Below are positions 1-8,468 of a stretch of DNA of 61,555 nucleotides, in pieces. The stretch spans positions 1 through 61,555 of the forward strand of contig DATMOD010000029.1 of the NCBI GenBank assembly GCA_035568355.1. Direction: 5' to 3'. The notes under the pieces are model-generated. The model saw only the letters and a list, made by a program, of their open reading frames with translations. It was not told where the DNA came from and ran no database searches. Source of the stretch: Patescibacteria group bacterium (GTDB lineage: Bacteria > Patescibacteriota > Saccharimonadia > Saccharimonadales > EFPC-124). Every line of letters starts with the position of its first letter. The first letter of the stretch is position 1. The position numbers and the translations under genes are program-made.

Positions 1-436
1 TATCAACACTGTATGTGTTGGCTATGTCGGCAGCCGTTAGGGTCTGCGATTGATCCATGCGCATATCGAGTGGGCCAGAACGTTGGATACTAAATCCTCG
101 TTCGGCATTGTCAAGTTGCGGTGACGAAACTCCCAAATCAATCAAAACCATATCAAAGCACTCACCGTCCGCTACAAGCTTTTTTGCATAAGAAGCAAAA
201 TCTTGTTTTATAACTCTAGAACCAGCTTTTTGCAACAGTTCTAGTGTTTGGATGGCATTATCGTCTTGATCTACCAGCGTTGCTAGAGCCGGCGAACCAA
301 TTTTTTCGATCACGCCCTTGGCGTGGCCACCATAGCCAGCAGTTAGATCAAGATACGTGTCACCTAATTTAGGTGACAACAAATCAATCACTGCCGAATA
401 TAGTACTGGTATGTGTAAGTTTGATCTGGTATTCAT
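1..436 (-). CDS. rsmH: 16S rRNA (cytosine1402-N4)-methyltransferase RsmH, N-terminal part. The 3' end runs off the window. This CDS is not in the ORF track.
   Basis: My translation of the reverse strand from the ATG at 436-434 gives MNTRSNLHIPVLYSAVIDLL..DLTAGYGGHAKGV..LIDLGVSSPQLDNAERGFSIQRSGPLDMRMD. These are the canonical RsmH motifs. The gene lies downstream of mraZ, as in dcw clusters. Confidence 0.9.
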   Translation of the reverse strand, partial: MNTRSNLHIPVLYSAVIDLLSPKLGDTYLDLTAGYGGHAKGVIEKIGSPALATLVDQDDNAIQTLELLQKAGSRVIKQDFASYAKKLVADGECFDMVLIDLGVSSPQLDNAERGFSIQRSGPLDMRMDQSQTLTAADIANTYSVD

Positions 437-729
437 ATTTGCGAGGTCACCTATACAGTAGTCAGTGTGTTTATTTTAAGAAAGCGTTTTTGTTTTTGAT
501 TAATGGAGTCGCGTTTGAATCAATAGAATTTCGAAGAAATCCTTGCTATCCATTAAAGTTTTTTTGAGAGACTTATGTGTGTGAGGTGGAGTTTTTGGGA
601 GATATCAAAGTTACAAGGCCCGATAAAAGCGTCGGCCTCTGTCCCGCTCACTGACTACCATATAGCTGACCTCGAAAAATCTATAGCTATACGGTATACT
701 AAAATGCCCGATTTGTTAAGGTGCATTGT

Positions 730-1080
730 CTAAGCGGCAGTTAAGCGCCAGTAGGCACCGGCCCTTATCGCCACTAGATCTCTGTCTATACCGGCCCATT
801 CAAGCAAATGTTGCTCTATGGTCAGCCTGCCCTGTTTTTGGTCGAGCGAGGCCTCGGTTTTGCCCAGTCGGAACTGAACATTGAGATCTGCGACATGCTC
901 GTCAAGGATATCACCTTGCAGAGCACTCTCTACTTGCTCATCCCAAACCTTTTTAGGGTAAAGATGTAAGTAGTTCTTAAAACCACGTGTCACGACTACC
1001 CCGCTCGCAAACTCTGGTCTAAGCTCAACTGGAATTGTCAGCCGATGCTTGTCATCAAGCTTGCGCTCAAAATAATCCAC
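730..1080 (-). CDS. mraZ: Transcriptional regulator MraZ, a short 116-aa form with two SpoVT/AbrB-like halves
   Basis: The two half-motifs DDKHRLTIPVELR and DQKQGRLTIEQHLL are present. It sits upstream of rsmH. Confidence 0.85.
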   Translation of the reverse strand: MDYFERKLDDKHRLTIPVELRPEFASGVVVTRGFKNYLHLYPKKVWDEQVESALQGDILDEHVADLNVQFRLGKTEASLDQKQGRLTIEQHLLEWAGIDRDLVAIRAGAYWRLTAA

Positions 1081-1194
1081 TGTGGTTACCTTTTATTTTT
1101 TTGTACTGTGGTTTTTGTTATTCACAACCCGGACCTGTATGTATGGCTTCGTTACCTTGCCCTACATAGGTGCTAGTGTTGCGATCTCGATGGC

Positions 1195-1243
1195 TTACCC
1201 ACCGTTACCCACTGCAAACAGTTTACTACCCACCATTACCCAC
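1195..1243 (-). promoter_or_regulatory. Candidate MraZ operator: four TACCCAC boxes (GTGGGTA on the mraZ strand)
   Basis: The boxes start at 1196, 1206, 1227 and 1237, giving spacings of 10, 21 and 10 bp. They lie 115-160 nt upstream of the mraZ start. Confidence 0.5.
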
Positions 1244-1332
1244 ATGCAAGACTTTTTATAACAGATGTTCCTTACGCTAATACGCAGTTATCCACAGAAC
1301 CGTGGATAACTGTAATGTTTTAGCACTCCTAA

Positions 1333-2172
1333 TTAGGCCCTCACAACAGTGTTGTTGGCGTGCAGCCAGCCTTCGACATTTCCGCAGTCTAGATACTCAC
1401 CCTTGACCGGCACAACGACAACTGGGTTACCAGTTTTAGAGTAGTTGGTCACAATATCGGTTACATAGTATTCCGTATTCAAGGCCTGCTTCATATAATC
1501 TTCGGCAAATTCAAAGATACGCTGGTTAAGTAGATAAAATGTAGCGTTGTTGAGATTAGACGGCGCAGATTCGACAGTTGGCTTCTCTACAATATCTTCT
1601 AAAAGCTGCTCGCCGTTTTCTATACGATATTTTACTATACCGTATCTGTACACTTCAGAATGAGGCACTTCAGCGACCATCATGACTGATGTGGCATTGG
1701 CTCTTTCTGCCTCGTTAATAAGATGGGCTGCTTCAGAGCCACCACCTGGATCATAGTAAAATTGGTCACCAGATACATATATAAAGCTCTCGTTTGGGTC
1801 TATCATCTCTTTGCATAACCATAGGGGTACTGCCGTACCATAAGGCTGATTCCGGTCTTGCACAACATAATTAAAGTTAGCCTTTTTAGAAAGATCGGTT
1901 ATTAAACTAAGCTCGTCTTGCTTACCCTTGTCAGCCAGGTATTCTTCAAGCAATTGGTTGTGCCCATAGTATGTTCGTATTTGGTCAGATTGCTCACCAA
2001 CCACAAAGATTATTTCTGTTATGCCCGCTCTTATACAATCCTCTACCACATAGTCAACAATTGGCCGATTACCAACTGGCAACATACATTTCTCTATGGC
2101 TTTAGTTATGGGTAAACGCCGGGTGCCAAAGCCCCCTACCGGAATAATTGCCTTAGTACAATTTATAGACAC
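1333..2172 (-). CDS. Sugar-1-phosphate nucleotidyltransferase, UTP-glucose-1-phosphate uridylyltransferase-like
   Basis: The N-terminus AIIPVGGFGTRRLPITKAIEKCMLPV matches the GalU/RmlA-type G-x-G-T-R loop. It has a GTG start with an AGAGGA Shine-Dalgarno upstream. Confidence 0.8.
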   Translation of the reverse strand: MSINCTKAIIPVGGFGTRRLPITKAIEKCMLPVGNRPIVDYVVEDCIRAGITEIIFVVGEQSDQIRTYYGHNQLLEEYLADKGKQDELSLITDLSKKANFNYVVQDRNQPYGTAVPLWLCKEMIDPNESFIYVSGDQFYYDPGGGSEAAHLINEAERANATSVMMVAEVPHSEVYRYGIVKYRIENGEQLLEDIVEKPTVESAPSNLNNATFYLLNQRIFEFAEDYMKQALNTEYYVTDIVTNYSKTGNPVVVVPVKGEYLDCGNVEGWLHANNTVVRA

Positions 2173-2284
2173 ATTAAAAGTCCTCTGTCAAAGTCGTAAT
2201 GCTACCTACAATACCTGCTTACGTTGATTCGGTCAATGGAGCAAACCCTACTACAATTAGAGCGTAAACATTATATAACAATAA

Positions 2285-2543
2285 AAGAGTCGAGAGGGAG
2301 GGCGGCGGGGTTGACCACGACATGAGAGTCGCAGCCAACCACCCACAGCTCACAACAGCAAGCATACTTCCGTGGCCGCGTAAGCGGCCAGTATTACGAC
2401 CATAGCCGCCATTGCAGACGGGAGAAGCTCGAGAAACTCGTTGATGAACTCATCGACGAGTCTCGGAACCTGAATATTCCTTAGGTCCCAAACGAGATTC
2501 CGGAATATGTCCACAGCCTTCATACACTCCCCCTCGACATATG
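2285..2543. other. GC-enriched hairpin-dense segment. It is either a candidate plus-strand structured RNA or a minus-strand 57-aa hydrophobic ORF at 2350..2523.
   Basis: I counted 141 G+C in the 260 nt of 2281-2540. GTCGAG (2289-2294) pairs with CTCGAC (2533-2538). A GGCCGC-GTAA-GCGGCC hairpin lies at 2374-2389. A plus-strand terminator follows. Confidence 0.35.
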
Positions 2544-2568
2544 CCAGAGCGTCGCTCTGGATTTTTAT
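2544..2568 (+). terminator. Rho-independent terminator on the plus strand with no plus-strand CDS upstream
   Basis: The stem is CCAGAGC-gtc-GCTCTGG, followed by ATTTTTAT. Confidence 0.55.
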
Positions 2569-2692
2569 ACATTATCATCTTTTATAAGATTTGTAAATGA
2601 TTTGACTCTAGTCACTCTGTATTTGACAGACCTATCAAAAATTTAATTAATACACCTATTGTTTTTAGCCTAGCCATGCTAAACTCACGGAC

Positions 2693-3361
2693 ATGCCAAA
2701 ACGTAGACGGATAAATCAGATACCAGTAGAAGATCGACCTCGCGAAAAATTGCAACGCAAAGGTGCCAGCGCCTTGTCTGACTTCGAACTACTTGAGGTG
2801 ATGATAGGCAGTGGCAGTAGCGGTGCGGACGTTGGTCAGATTGCCAAGCAAGTACAAAAACTATTGCAAAAAGGCACTGCGAGCTTAAGTTTAGAAGCCT
2901 TGACTGCGGTGCACGGCATTAGCGTTGCGATTGCCAGCAAAATACTCTCAGCTCTAGAACTTGCTAAACGCCATCTAGTGCAAGACAGCAAACCACTGCG
3001 GACAATCAATGACATTGTGGCCAGACTCGACGACATTCGTACTAAACAACAAGAATACGTTATAAGTTTATCGCTTGATGGAGGCCATCGTCTAATAGCT
3101 AGACGCACCATAACTATTGGCACATTAGATGCCGTGCTCGCCCACCCCCGCGAAGTATTTTCGGATGCGATCGTTGACCGTGCTGCCAGTGTTGTTGTAG
3201 CCCATAACCATCCGTCCGGCGACGTCCGACCTAGCCAAAAAGACATCACGCTCACTCAACAATTAGCTGCTGCCGGCCAATTGTTGGGCGTGCCGTTGCG
3301 TGATCACATAATAGTAACCAAAACTGAACATTTCAGTTATAGACAGAACCACATGTTATGA
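2693..3361 (+). CDS. radC: RadC-like JAB-domain protein (UPF0758)
   Basis: It has the HNHPSGDVRPSQKDITLT JAMM-like motif and an N-terminal helix-hairpin-helix-like region. Confidence 0.85.
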   Translation: MPKRRRINQIPVEDRPREKLQRKGASALSDFELLEVMIGSGSSGADVGQIAKQVQKLLQKGTASLSLEALTAVHGISVAIASKILSALELAKRHLVQDSKPLRTINDIVARLDDIRTKQQEYVISLSLDGGHRLIARRTITIGTLDAVLAHPREVFSDAIVDRAASVVVAHNHPSGDVRPSQKDITLTQQLAAAGQLLGVPLRDHIIVTKTEHFSYRQNHML

Positions 3362-4290
3362 GCAAATATTATTACGAAACACTAGATATACCCACCAAGC
3401 CAACCCCTAGCTTTGCATCCAATATCACTCGACACCTTCATGCCCGCAAGCATCTCGGCACATCCATGGTTATAGCCAACAATCCGTTCGGTCTAATGAG
3501 CGTAATACGCAAACAGTGGTTACGACTTACCAGAGCAGCCCAAAACCAACGAGCTTCCACCCTAAATGCTGACCGTATACTGCGTTTAACCTATACCATA
3601 ACCCACATGCAACGCATAAACTTTGTAGCCAAAACGCCAGTCGAGATGCCGAATGCACATATCTTTTTTGTAACTCCTGACCAAATATCACAGGCGCCTC
3701 GTAATTGCTTTAGTGTCTATGTGGCGGCCGATGTCGATGAGACTGATTTAGCCAAGCTAATAGAACAGATGCCCGCCTCAGGCTTGATTGTCGACTATAC
3801 TCATAAACTGGATGACGAGAAGCTCGGACTACACCCAAAATATGAGCTTGAAAACAAAATGGATGTTGAATGGCAACACGCCATAGCCTACTTAGAGGAA
3901 TCAAAGATAGATATCCACGATCTAGTACACAACACAGTGCAATATATGGGAGCCGTAGACGATGCATTAGACATCCTGCTAAACGATGGCCGAACTTTTT
4001 TGCAAATAGCCAGCAACTTCCAGCATGCTAGTATGCTAGCCCAACCTGTTAGAACAACCAACGTTATAGCCGAACAATACGAGATGATGGGATTATTGGC
4101 TCACCGCGTTCAGGCTCTATCACCTGGTACTTTCACATTACCAATAGATGACGCTTTCCACGAAGAACAAGCAACTTTCTTCTTGCATGATTACATCCCA
4201 GACGAAGAATATGACCAGCTTATAAAAACTGTAGATGACTCACCAACCCCACACGCCCACAAACTTATCAATCAAACGCAAACTTCTTAG
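3358..4290 (+). CDS. Hypothetical protein, translationally coupled to radC
   Basis: It is a 310-aa ORF. Its ATG overlaps the radC TGA as ATGA at 3358-3361. I recognise no motif. Confidence 0.65.
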   Translation: MSKYYYETLDIPTKPTPSFASNITRHLHARKHLGTSMVIANNPFGLMSVIRKQWLRLTRAAQNQRASTLNADRILRLTYTITHMQRINFVAKTPVEMPNAHIFFVTPDQISQAPRNCFSVYVAADVDETDLAKLIEQMPASGLIVDYTHKLDDEKLGLHPKYELENKMDVEWQHAIAYLEESKIDIHDLVHNTVQYMGAVDDALDILLNDGRTFLQIASNFQHASMLAQPVRTTNVIAEQYEMMGLLAHRVQALSPGTFTLPIDDAFHEEQATFFLHDYIPDEEYDQLIKTVDDSPTPHAHKLINQTQTS

Positions 4291-5108
4291 CGCACACCAA
4301 TTAAGTTGGAACTCTCGTAACGTCTAATACTGCGCTTAAATAACCATAAAGATACGATCAGCCAGAAAATACTCAAGGCAGCACCAACCACCACAAGTTC
4401 CCAATGTAAATTACGCAGAATATCAATCTGTATGGCACCCATAAACAGTCCGGGCACTACTAGTAACAATACTGTGCGCAACGCACCTGTTAAAACTCCT
4501 GTTGGATACATGCTTGTATCTAGAAACAAAGAAGCAAGATATCGTACCAAACGGTCACTGTCAAATAAGTAAAATGCTAATAGACCCGGCAATAGCAAGA
4601 AGAAGCACCAGAATAAAATACATCCCTCAAATACAACTACCAGAAACAACAGGGTACCAGCCAAGCTAGCATGAGCATAAGCAGCATACCAGATCATTAT
4701 GCCCAGCCCCATTAGTAAATCGCCAACCGCACTAACTTCAACACTAGAACTGGCGACCTGACTAAGCACAGAAACTGGTTTGGTCAAAAAGTTATCAAAC
4801 GAACCTTGGTCGACTCGTGTAGATAGATCATCAGATAAGCCGCCACTCATTAGCATTACTACGCCGAATATAAACATATTAATACCTTGCAGCCCAATCA
4901 ACTCGTAGCCACTCCAGCCGTTTATGTTACCGAAGTAGCCAAACATAAACAACCAAGCCAAAATCAAGGCTGAATTGTTAAGCACCATGCCAACAACCTG
5001 AGTGATAAAGGCGCCGCGCAGGGCCGCGGATGCATTAAACTGAGTCCGCAAGCTTAGCCAGTAAATATGTGTATCGTGTTTAAGATTTTTAAAGAAGTTA
5101 GCCACCAT
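4287..5108 (-). CDS. ABC-2 type transporter permease, second permease of a three-gene uncharacterized ABC system
   Basis: It is polytopic and hydrophobic, overlaps the upstream permease, and shares an operon with the ATPase. Confidence 0.75.
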   Translation of the reverse strand: MVANFFKNLKHDTHIYWLSLRTQFNASAALRGAFITQVVGMVLNNSALILAWLFMFGYFGNINGWSGYELIGLQGINMFIFGVVMLMSGGLSDDLSTRVDQGSFDNFLTKPVSVLSQVASSSVEVSAVGDLLMGLGIMIWYAAYAHASLAGTLLFLVVVFEGCILFWCFFLLLPGLLAFYLFDSDRLVRYLASLFLDTSMYPTGVLTGALRTVLLLVVPGLFMGAIQIDILRNLHWELVVVGAALSIFWLIVSLWLFKRSIRRYESSNLIGVR

Positions 5109-5892
5109 TGACCTCGATTCTTTTTTCGACCCGAGCCCAAATAAATTGACAAAAAACTAGCAATAACACGGACCATACAACCGCAGAGATCAACGTAGCT
5201 GGCAAATTAGCCACCATTGCTGGATTAAAAAGCTGAGTTGGGGCAGCGTACACCCCAAAAGGCGAATATCGAATTATAGACTGAACTACGCCTGGCAACA
5301 AAGCAATCGGCACAAAGCCACCGCCAAAAATTAAAACCACTTTATCTGTGAGCCTATAGACCGACTTGGCATCGTTAAGCCAAAAAGCGCTCAATCCAAT
5401 TGTCAAAAACAAACTAGCCGCGGCGACTATAGCCAAAATTGTCAGTAATATAAAGCTCAGCACCACGACTATTGATATATGTGATGTATCAGGCAACCCC
5501 ACAAACATATACAGCGCACAAGGGATAGCTACCAAACCGACTAGAAATTCCAGGCCATTCTTGCCAATTAGTTGGCAAACTTTGGTCAAGCGCCAGTCCA
5601 GTGGTTTAATTAAGCCGACCTCTACCATGCCGGTGCTTACTTCGTGGTTAACAATTTTAAAGACATTCCTGAGCCCCAAATTTAAAATCAAACCGAAATA
5701 TATGCCGATCCCCCAAATGGCGTTGGCATATGGTAGCGAGGCATGATTCAACTTCCTATAGGCCACGCCATAGATGGCAGCAATTAGCCCAATCCTAATG
5801 ACAGACACCGACACGCCAGCAATTAGCCGCTTGGCATTAGCAGCGTCTTCGTGAGCCGAGGTTTTTACAACCTGCCAATAAGCATTAATCAT
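5098..5892 (-). CDS. ABC-2 type transporter permease
   Basis: It is polytopic and hydrophobic, and its ends overlap both neighbouring genes. Confidence 0.75.
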   Translation of the reverse strand: MINAYWQVVKTSAHEDAANAKRLIAGVSVSVIRIGLIAAIYGVAYRKLNHASLPYANAIWGIGIYFGLILNLGLRNVFKIVNHEVSTGMVEVGLIKPLDWRLTKVCQLIGKNGLEFLVGLVAIPCALYMFVGLPDTSHISIVVVLSFILLTILAIVAAASLFLTIGLSAFWLNDAKSVYRLTDKVVLIFGGGFVPIALLPGVVQSIIRYSPFGVYAAPTQLFNPAMVANLPATLISAVVWSVLLLVFCQFIWARVEKRIEVNGG

Positions 5893-6871
5893 CGTAATCT
5901 ACCTCTGGTGCAGCCTTCGTGTATAGCTCATGGATTATATCTTCTAGTGGCATGTCTTCTATGGTTATATCTGCCACCTCCATCTGCTCAAACAGTTTTG
6001 GGATAAAAGTCTTAAGTTCAATGCGAGCAGTATCAACAGCAAATATCAATCGCCCAGCCTCGGGCTTAGCTTTAACACCGGCCACTTCGACCTGCCTAGG
6101 TAAATCCCCTGCCGGTACCACAGCCACAGTTTTAGTTTTTAGATAATCTTTTTTTAGCTGGTCTGTCTGGGCATCTAAAACTACCGTACCATGGTTGATT
6201 ATCATAGTGCGATTGCAAATCTCTTCGATGTCCCCAACATCATGGCTAGTTAAAAAGACTGTTGTGCCCTGAGTTCGATTGACGTCTTTTATCACCTCGC
6301 GCAATGCTCTTTTAGCAACAATGTCTAGACCAATAGTCGGCTCATCTAAAAATATAATTTTAGGGTTATGAATCAGGGCGTTAGCTACCTCTGCACGCAT
6401 ACGCTGACCAAGGCTTAACTTTCGCACCGGCTGGCTAATAAATTCGTCTAACCCAAATTGCTGGACTAGCGTTTTGATGCGCTTAGCAGATTCTATCTTT
6501 GGCACTTGATACATACTGGCGGTTAGCTCAAAACTATCTGTTAAAGGCAAATTAAACACTAGCTGCGAGCGTTGCCCAAAAACCGTGCCTATTTGCATGG
6601 CCAGCTCACGCCGCTCTTGTAATGGTCGCTTGCCAAGTACCAAGATCTCACCATTTGTAGGCTGCAAGATGCCAGTCAGCATTTTAATAGTTGTAGATTT
6701 ACCAGCCCCATTGGGGCCAATAAAAGCCACACTCTCACCCGCCTCTACGCTCAGTGAAATATTATCCACCGCCACAATGTCTTTGGTTTGTGGCTGCAAA
6801 AAGCCTTTCAGACCTTTGTGAATTTTGAATTGAAAAACTTTAGAGATATTAGTAGCTTGTATAGCTTTCAT
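5885..6871 (-). CDS. ABC transporter ATP-binding protein
   Basis: Walker A is GPNGAGKST, the signature is LSLGQRMR, and Walker B is IIFLDEPT. Confidence 0.9.
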   Translation of the reverse strand: MKAIQATNISKVFQFKIHKGLKGFLQPQTKDIVAVDNISLSVEAGESVAFIGPNGAGKSTTIKMLTGILQPTNGEILVLGKRPLQERRELAMQIGTVFGQRSQLVFNLPLTDSFELTASMYQVPKIESAKRIKTLVQQFGLDEFISQPVRKLSLGQRMRAEVANALIHNPKIIFLDEPTIGLDIVAKRALREVIKDVNRTQGTTVFLTSHDVGDIEEICNRTMIINHGTVVLDAQTDQLKKDYLKTKTVAVVPAGDLPRQVEVAGVKAKPEAGRLIFAVDTARIELKTFIPKLFEQMEVADITIEDMPLEDIIHELYTKAAPEVDYDD

Positions 6872-6914
6872 GACGAACTTTCTTGATTATTTTAGCAAAT
6901 CTTTTTGTAAAAGA

Positions 6915-7035
6915 GTGATTTACCTGACCCAGCACTTTTCCGTAATCATGAGCTGTCTACCGCCTAATTTGATACTAAGACTTATATTTTGCTAAAGAGT
7001 GATTACGGAAAAGTGCTGAAGGTCAGGTAGATCAC
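6915..7035 (+). mobile_element. MITE-like element, family 1, copy A
   Basis: The left terminal inverted repeat GTGATTTACCTGACCCAGCACTTTTCCGTAATCA matches the reverse complement of 7000-7035. The interior shares the GAGCTGTCTACC and TAAGACTTAT blocks with the other copies. Confidence 0.8.
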
Positions 7036-7055
7036 TTCCGCAATGTCATACCAAT

Positions 7056-8417
7056 TTAGATCTTTATATATTCGGCAAGTTTATCGATTTTGACACGTTG
7101 CTGTTTCATAGAATCTCGCTCACGCACAGTCACGGCGTTGTCTTCTAGGCTTTCAAAATCTATGGTCACACAATACGGTGTGCCGATCTCGTCTTGGCGA
7201 CGATAGCGCTTACCTATAGACTGAGTCTCGTCATATTCGATGTTGTAATTAGTGCTCTGAACAAGTTTTGTATACACTTCTCTTGATAGCTTACTCAGTT
7301 CTGGCTTCTTGCTGAGGGGTAGGATTGCTACTTTGACTGGTGCAAGTTTTACATCAATCTTTAGAACAACTCTTGTTTCCCCATTCACTTCTTCTTCATT
7401 ATAGGCATCTGTCAGGACGGCCATCATCATTCGGCCAACACCAACCGAGCTCTCGATAATATTTGGCACATAACGCTCTTTGGTAGCTTCGTCGAAATAC
7501 GATAAGTCTTTTCCGCTCTCTCGGATATGATTTTTTAGATCAAAATCAGTGCGATTGTGAGTTCCCCATAATTCTTTAAAACCTTGCGGGAAGTTAAAGT
7601 AAACATCGTGTGCAGCTGCAGCATAATGCGCACGCTCATCTGGTCCATGCTCGTGCCACTTAAGATTATCTTTTGCTAGTCCGACTCTCTCGGTCAAGAA
7701 ATCCCAACAAAATTCTCTCCAACGTTCATATTGCTGTTTTTGCATGTCTGGGCTTATAAAGTACTGCATTTCCATTTGTTCCAGCTCACGCACACGGAAG
7801 ATAAAGTCACGTGGACTAATCTCATTGCGAAAAGCCTTGCCGATTTGGGCAATGCCAAAGGGTATTTTGCTGCGAGTAGTCTCACGCACATTGTCATAGT
7901 TTGTAAAAATACTACCGGCAGTTTCAGGCCTTAGGTATGCCACCGAACTTTCATCTTCAACAGGGCCGACCCAAGTTTTCATCATCATATTATAGAAACG
8001 TGGCTCAGTAAGAGTTTTTTTGCCGCATTTTGGGCAAGGTTTATCTTTCAGTAAAAGTGCCAGTTCTTTTAAATCACTCGTGTCTAACCCGGCCAAGTGA
8101 TCCGCCCTGTGGCGAGCACCACAACTCTTACAATCTACTAGAGGGTCTGTAAAACTATCAATATGGCCACTAGCCTTCCAAAGCTTTGGGTTCTGCACAA
8201 TGGCACTATCTAGGCCATAAATCTCTGGCTGTTCATAAACCATAGCCCGCCACCAAAGCTGCTTGATATTATTGACCAGCTCCACACCATAAGGGCCGTA
8301 GTCCCAAAAACCGGCCAGACCACCATAAATTTCACTAGCTTGAAAGACAAACCCTCGCCTTTTGGCCAAGCTAACAAGTGTTTCTAATGTGACTGTGATT
8401 TTTTTAGTATGTGGCAT
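7056..8417 (-). CDS. glyQS: Glycine-tRNA ligase, dimeric class II type
   Basis: The N-terminus is RRGFVFQASEIYGGLAGFWDYGPYG, and class II motifs occur throughout. Confidence 0.95.
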   Translation of the reverse strand: MPHTKKITVTLETLVSLAKRRGFVFQASEIYGGLAGFWDYGPYGVELVNNIKQLWWRAMVYEQPEIYGLDSAIVQNPKLWKASGHIDSFTDPLVDCKSCGARHRADHLAGLDTSDLKELALLLKDKPCPKCGKKTLTEPRFYNMMMKTWVGPVEDESSVAYLRPETAGSIFTNYDNVRETTRSKIPFGIAQIGKAFRNEISPRDFIFRVRELEQMEMQYFISPDMQKQQYERWREFCWDFLTERVGLAKDNLKWHEHGPDERAHYAAAAHDVYFNFPQGFKELWGTHNRTDFDLKNHIRESGKDLSYFDEATKERYVPNIIESSVGVGRMMMAVLTDAYNEEEVNGETRVVLKIDVKLAPVKVAILPLSKKPELSKLSREVYTKLVQSTNYNIEYDETQSIGKRYRRQDEIGTPYCVTIDFESLEDNAVTVRERDSMKQQRVKIDKLAEYIKI

Positions 8418-8446
8418 AACATCTTAAATTATAACATCAATTACGA

Positions 8447-8468
8447 CTTAAGGGTTACGACCCTTAAG
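8447..8468 (-). terminator. Perfect 9-bp hairpin overlapping the recO stop codon; a possible terminator
   Basis: The hairpin is CTTAAGGGT-tacg-ACCCTTAAG. The downstream U-tract is weak. Confidence 0.35.

Noticed and set aside
2176-2184. AAAAGTCC string resembling the RNase P P4 strand next to the GC-rich island at 2285
   Set aside because: It is the complement of the Shine-Dalgarno region (AGAGGAC) of the nucleotidyltransferase gene, and it lies about 100 nt outside the helix-closed segment.
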